Below are positions 57,525-64,000 of a stretch of 64,000 nt of DNA, piece after piece. Below the pieces are notes generated by a model that saw only the letters and a list, made by a program, of their open reading frames with translations, was not told the origin of the DNA and did not search any database. The position numbers and the translations under genes are program-made. Origin of the DNA: the human T2T-CHM13v2.0 reference genome, Homo sapiens; the NCBI RefSeq assembly GCF_009914755.1, contig NC_060927.1; one strand, 5' to 3'. Every line of letters begins with the position of its first letter. Position 1 is the first letter of the stretch.

Positions 57525-59235
57525 CAAGTAAATGGTTTTAAATCACGGTGCTAGGTCTGAGGAAATTATTTACAAAGCTCTATCAAAAAACAAAACTGTG
57601 GAATCTTTTAAATTAAGTAACAGTCAAAAAGCCAATGTGAATTTTTTTCCTTGGTATGGCTGCTTTGCTTCATAGCTCAGAGACTGAACCAGAGCTAGAG
57701 GTTATGAACTAGACGAGGATTTCATACATTTTTTTCTCCAGCCACTTTTCTCCGTTAGTAAATAAACAAATGAATAAAATAAAAAGGTTGCAGGGTGAAC
57801 CCAAAATTCTGTAATACTGTTAAAAAATCATGATTAAGTATTATTCATTTTATACACCTACCAATGGCAATGCACTTAAAATGCCATATCAGAACAGTTG
57901 TGCAACATCTCAATTTGATAGTTTTTCTAAGAAGCATAACCAAGCTTCCATAAATGTAGTGAAAGCTTTTTTCATATTAAAGACATGTTATCGGGAGATG
58001 GAATGTTTCCTTCTTCCTACATAACTGAACAGTGATTAAATATTGACTAAGAGCCAGGAGTTGACAGCCATTGGCCTCACCCTGGTAAATGCTGATATAT
58101 GATGCTGAATGTAAATACAGAGCCATCCTCTCAGGGCCATAGTTTTGTTGGTTTTTTTTTTTTTTTTCTGTTGGGAGATGGGGAGCCAGCAAGTTGTAGC
58201 TTATGCTTGAGGTGTCAGATTCAAGTGTTGCAATAGAAGTGTGTAATTTGAAACAAGTAATTCTTTAAAAAGCCACCCAACTGTCAAAAGAAAAATATAT
58301 TTTTCTAATCAATCTGAATAATAAACAGAATGCTAGTTAGAAGTTTTAGCAAAACATCCAGGGTACCCACTGAATGCTGCTGTTTGTAGAAACAAAAGAG
58401 CTATCCATCACTGGGGCAGCTTATACTTTCATAGACAACGATTGTTTGGTTTATATGAAACAAACTGGTCGAAACATCAGATTTATTTTGGGGACATGAA
58501 TATATGTTTGGGAAATTTTAAAACATCTTATTTTTGTTGTATGTGTATTTTCTTTTTTGTTGTTTTAAACATCTATTTAAAATATGCAGTTGATATTTTC
58601 CCTCCCTCTATGGGGAAAATCAAAGATAATAATTTTTATTACATTTCTTTCTGTTAATAAGGTTCATTATAAGATCTTATTATTTTTATCCCAAGATTTT
58701 TAAACCCTGCAGGAAATACCTGGAAGACTTACTCAACAGCTGTTTGTAGTGCCATGAAGCAAAATCTGTTAATTCTTTATTGGTTAGAATGATTTAAACA
58801 TAGGTCTCCTTTTCAGCAAATATAGCAATCTAAAAAGTCTGCTTTTTTTTCCAGCAAGTTTTAATAGACATTTCCTAACCTCTAAATCATCTATGATACC
58901 CTTATTGTGATGGTCATCTGGACATCAACATTGCTATCTTCAAAGTATAATGAAATTAAAAGATACTTTTAAAGATTATTATAGTTCTCAAATTATTCAA
59001 ATTGAGCCAAAATGGATTCATATGGATTTGAGTTGTTATTAATTCCTATTAGAGGTATTGGCATATGTCTGTTCAAAAACATTAATGCTTCTTAAATATC
59101 AATGACTATTCTTCCTTGAAATGTACTGAGAAATGGATTTCGTGCTGCTGAAACTGAAATGAGAAGGAATGGTCATAAATCATAGTTTAGTTTCGCACCT
59201 TTAGTCAGATAAGCAGTGAAGTGACTCTGAGTCAA

Positions 59236-59238
<3 letters not shown>

Positions 59239-59271
<33 letters not shown>

Positions 59272-59305
59272 TGCGCGTGTGCACTGTGTGTGTGTGTGTG
59301 TGTGT
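59239..59305. repeat. Interrupted (TG)n microsatellite (Z-DNA-prone)
   Basis: Read directly. Confidence 0.95.
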
Positions 59306-61360
59306 TTTGTGGTGTGATTGTGGTCTGTGTGTAGTGGAGGGATGGTTAATAGAAATGAAGCATCACAGCTGGACCAGCCACAGCACGTAGAATCCTTCCC
59401 TGGGGCCTCAGTTTACAAGACAAATAATTTAGAGTAACCCCTTCCCCCTTTAAAAAGCCGAATATTTTTGTAAAAATTAAAGTGAGCACTGAAGACAGTT
59501 TTGAAGACAAAGAAGAACTCACAGTAAGCGAGTCTGAGTAGGTGCGTGACTGGCCAGCTTTGGTATTGACTGGCAAGGAGAAGACTTGTTGAGGGTTGAC
59601 TTTGGGTCTGATTAGATACCAGGGATTTGACCTATGTAATCTTATTTTTGTCCTCTCAACAAACTTTGTACCCCTTTTTAGTAAAAAGATGAGAACATTA
59701 AAACCTAGGAAGATTTAGTAACTTCCACATAGCTGGTAAGTGGTTGAGTTAGAATTCCAACTCCCAGGTGACTTAATTTAAAATTGACTTCAAAGTAGCT
59801 CCCATATGGACTGAATATAGGATACGAGCCTCTGCCTAGCCTTCAGTCCTTTTTGTTTGGTTTAGGTGTTGGTTGTCTTTGTAAACACTGGAAGCTGCTG
59901 AGTCATCTCCCTCGGCTTTTTCCATCACACTTTACCCCACATACATTCATACACACTTGGCTCAAGCTTTTCGGTTCTTTCTCTGGACACTAGATGACTG
60001 TCAGCCTTACCTGGGCCCTGCCCCAGAGGCTGCCCCAGCATCTGGTAGGAGCTTAGTGAGCGGAATGGATTCCTAGTGAAATAATGAATGTCTTTCCTTG
60101 TATTCTGTGTTTGAAACCTCCAGGATAGCAATTCCATCTGCTATATGAAATAAGAAAAAGTAAATATTCTTTGGTTAACCTTTGTCATTCGCCTACTTAA
60201 ACCTCAATCACATTTCTTTGAAATCATGCCAGATTTGTGGAGAGCAAATTGCCAGGTAAATGGAGGGCAAATTCACCAAACTAATTCTTAGTTTTTTCCT
60301 TCTCTAAGGGAAGGAACACTTTGCAGCTTAACAGCATTTTCAAAGTTTCAAACAGGACTGGCTACTGAGTTGAAGAAGCATTAGTTGGCCCTTAAGTCCT
60401 CCCCTCTGGCCACTGTTGTCCACTTCACACATTTGGACCAACTTCCCTCATCTGAGCCTGAATCCTATTAGCCAGCACTGAAAATCTGGCATGGTTTCAA
60501 AGAAATGTGATTGAGGTTTATGTAGGGGAATGATGAAGGTTAACCAAGGAATGTTTACTTTTTCTGATTTCATATAGCAGATGGAATTGCTATCCTAGAG
60601 GTTTCAAAATAATCTTATCGAGATGACTTTTGACCCGTCTTCAATAGCATTACAACAATCCCCGCAGCCTGGAGACTAAGCTCTGCTGCTGTTTTGAGTG
60701 AGCTGGCCCCACAGAGGGTGTGACGTGGGAGTAGAGATGAGTGTCGGCCTCAAAGTCTGCTCCCATCTCTCAGGAAAGCACCTTCTTTAGATTAAGGTAT
60801 TGGGGCTGACACTAAAATAGATGATATTTGAGGCTAAGTTTTCAATTTCACTCTTTCCAGAAAAACAAAGTACTGATAGGGATCTACTCTAAAAGCTGGT
60901 TTTAAATACAAGGCGTTACAGAAGTGCCAAATGCAGTCACTGCACTTAAAATCATGGCCTGTGGATAGAAACAAAGCTGAAGAGTGGCCTGCCGAGTGTA
61001 GAGCGTTCTTTCACTTGTAAGAAATTAAATACAGAGACACTCAACACAATTCCTGGATGTGATTTCCTGTTGGTTCATCTACACACTCTAGAAGATTCCT
61101 GAGGAGAGGTTTATTGCCCAAAGGAATTCAGTGGAGGTATTTTCAGGTTTGGCTGATTTCCAAGAGCCCCCTCTCAGGGCCAAATTATCCAATTCCCTTT
61201 CTTGGTGAGTTCACCACACTTCATTCATTCACCAAAAATATGCATGGAGAGCCTAACTACTACATACTAGGCACTGAGCATACAGTGCTAAAAATAAAAA
61301 AAGATAAAATCCTAGTCCTAATGTAGGATACATGCATTAAACATATGAACATATGAACCC

Positions 61361-62059
61361 TGTATTTGTCAGGGTTCTTCAGAGAAACATAACCAATAGG
61401 GTATAATATATATATAATTCACCTTACATATATATAAAATTGAGCATCTGTAATTAAAAAATCTGAAATCTAAAATGCTCCAAAATTCTAAACTTTTTGA
61501 GGGCTGACATGATGCTTATAGGAAATGCTGTGGAATATTTCAGATTTTCAGATTAGGGATGCCTCACCAGTAAGCATAATGCAAATATTCCAAAATCCAA
61601 CAAAATCCAACATTTGAGACACTTCTAGTCCCAAGCATTTCAGATAAGAGATACTCAACCTGTATATGTGTATGTATACAGGTTGTGTGTGTGTATCTAT
61701 ATATACAGAGAGAGAGAGAGAGATTGATTTTAAAGAACTGGTTCATGCAGTTTCGAGGGCTGGCAAGTCCAGGCCAGCAGGCTGGAAATTCCTTCAAAAG
61801 TTAATGTTGCAATCTTGAGTCTAAAGGCTGTCTGGAGGCAGAATTTCGTCCTTTTCAGGGGACCTCTCTTTTCTCTTAATGTCATCAACTGATTGGATGA
61901 GACCGGCCCACTTTATGGAGAGTAATCTGTTTTACTTAGAATTGACTGATTTAAATGTTAATCACATCGAAAGCACACCTTCACAGCAACATCTCACCTG
62001 GCATTGACAAACAACTGTGCACCATGGCCTAGCCAAGTTGACACAAAATTAACCATAAT
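61361..62059 (-). mobile_element. MLT2-family (ERVL) solo LTR, interrupted by Tigger4a
   Basis: tgtatttgtcagggttcttcagagaaaca...caactgattggatgag...gactgatttaaatgttaatcacatc...ctagccaagttgacacaaaattaacca. Confidence 0.88.
61436..61662. mobile_element. Tigger4a (MER46A) MITE inserted in the TA-rich tract of the MLT2 LTR
   Basis: aaaatgctccaaaatt...ttttcagattagggatg...cccaagcatttcagataagagatactcaacctg, with TA flanks. Confidence 0.82.
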
Positions 62060-62090
62060 CCCCCACCTCCAAATAACTGTCATTTCAATT

Positions 62091-62270
62091 TAGTGGCTCT
62101 CAAACTTGAGCAGGAATCAGAATCCCCTGGAACACTTGTTTGAAACACAATTGCTGGGCTCCACACTCCTGATTCAGGAGGTCTAGGGTTGGGCCCCAAA
62201 ATTTGTATTTCAAACAAGTCCCGGGTAACGCTGATTCTGCTGGTCCAGGGATCATACTTTGAGAATGATA
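62091..62270. mobile_element. MER5A
   Basis: agtggctctcaaacttgagcaggaatcagaatcccctgga...ctgctggtccagggatcatactttgagaa. Confidence 0.85.
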
Positions 62271-62982
62271 AGATTACATAATTCAGGGTCTGACCCTTAG
62301 CCTCGTGGCCCAGAAACTGATTTTGTTATCATAAGAAAGATAATTTTATTTATCAGGGATGTACCCAGTAAACCATGATTCCAAACCTGATGTGTAAAAT
62401 AGCAATGCCAATTTATTGATTTATGATAAGCACTAAAACTACGGTGGTGAGCAGAACAATCCTGTCAGCCTGGGAGGGGCAGTCCATCCTGTGGGCAGCT
62501 CCACTGAAAGGTGAGCAGTCAGTAATTGGAAGGAACTGGGGATCCCAGCCAATGATCCAAAACAGGTGATTTAATTGCTGCAACCGCTCCCACCGCCAGA
62601 AGGGTCATATTCTCAGTTCCTGCCCAAGGCCCCCCTCTACCTGGACTTTATACTTGGATTAAGACAGGGGCAACTTTGGAGGAATGGATGTTTTCAGTTG
62701 AAAGCTTTGGTATTTACTGGGCTGAAAGAGTGCTCCTCTCTGCTCCTCAGACTCTACTCAGCAGCTGGGCTCAAAGTTCATAGAAATTGGAAATGCTTTT
62801 AGTGAATCATTAAAATGTTACCTTTTACAGAAACTTTTTATTGGATATAACTTATACTGTTTTTATGAAAGAGGAACTTGAGCAGCATTAGAATGTGTTA
62901 ATGTATGTCCTTCATATGCTCGGTTTCCTTTCTTGGTAATAATTTGAGTGAAGTTACAATCTTTCTGTAAAAGACTATTTCC

Positions 62983-63270
<288 letters not shown>

Positions 63271-64000
63271 AAAGGCTATTTCCATCTTTCTCTGCACATT
63301 GAGAGGACCTGACTTTGAAAAAATACTTATACATTTCATATTTTCAAAATTTTTCATGTCCACTTAGAAGCATTTTTTTCCCCTAAGCTTTGGCTTTCTG
63401 CCTTTATCATTGCTATTTTAAGATTTTTACATGAAAAATGGGATTTGTTTCTTAATCCTTTAAACCAAATTGTGTTGTGAAAAAGTTGTGTTTATGTTAT
63501 TTATTTTAATATTCTTTTTTTAGAATCCTGCAATTATCCTCAGCATGGAAAGTTTGGCCCTAAAACCGCTTCTGAGAAATCAGAATGTGGCCTGAGTCTG
63601 GGCGGACCCCTCACACCTTGCCTGCCTTGGACTTCTTATGAAACACAATTGAATAGATAACCTAAGGCAAGGGGATAAGGTGGCCCTGGAACTTCCTCAA
63701 AGGAATAGGGACCTCAGCGCAGATAAGTAGATTCAACCACTCAGTGCAGGGAGGTGCAGTCTCACGTTTAACCTCTCAGTTTCATTGTCATATCAGCCCA
63801 GGGGCCCATCAGCAAATAGAAACCATTCTAAGAATTTCAGGGAGCAGATTTAATGCAAGGAATCAGTTAAACAAGTGAAAAAAAACACAGAAAGAGCAAA
63901 ATGTGGAAACCAAGGTAACACAGAGACTAGTAACGGCAAGAAGCAGCCACCACTCCTGGGACCAAGACAACAAAAGGGAAGAGGCGATGTTACCAGAACC

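Overview
This is mammalian DNA, almost certainly human or great ape (21 Alus including AluY, plus THE1A, MST, MLT, L1M, L2, MIR and MER elements). It is nearly all intronic sequence of the SCHIP1 / IQCJ-SCHIP1 locus, with the gene on the + strand. The only supportable coding feature is one 696-nt in-frame exon (37014-37709, [14 protein letters not shown]...[16 protein letters not shown]), which lies in a CpG island (~35740-37860) and has an in-frame alternative donor at 37670/37671. The other ORFs in the track are best explained as Alu/LTR-derived, low-complexity or GC-shadow ORFs. I found no convincing new multi-gene system. The best leads are structural: a 44-bp-arm hairpin that matches no repeat I recognise (20203-20305); two tiny poly(A)-tailed, TSD-flanked retrocopies (an LTR12/HERV9 R-region fragment and an mRNA 3' end); several local templated duplications, one copy of which carries a palindromic CTCF-type motif its twin lacks; a complete THE1A provirus; and an exon that would give a stop-free circular ORF if back-spliced. 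Repeat family names come from recalled consensus sequences, and boundaries of old repeats are approximate.
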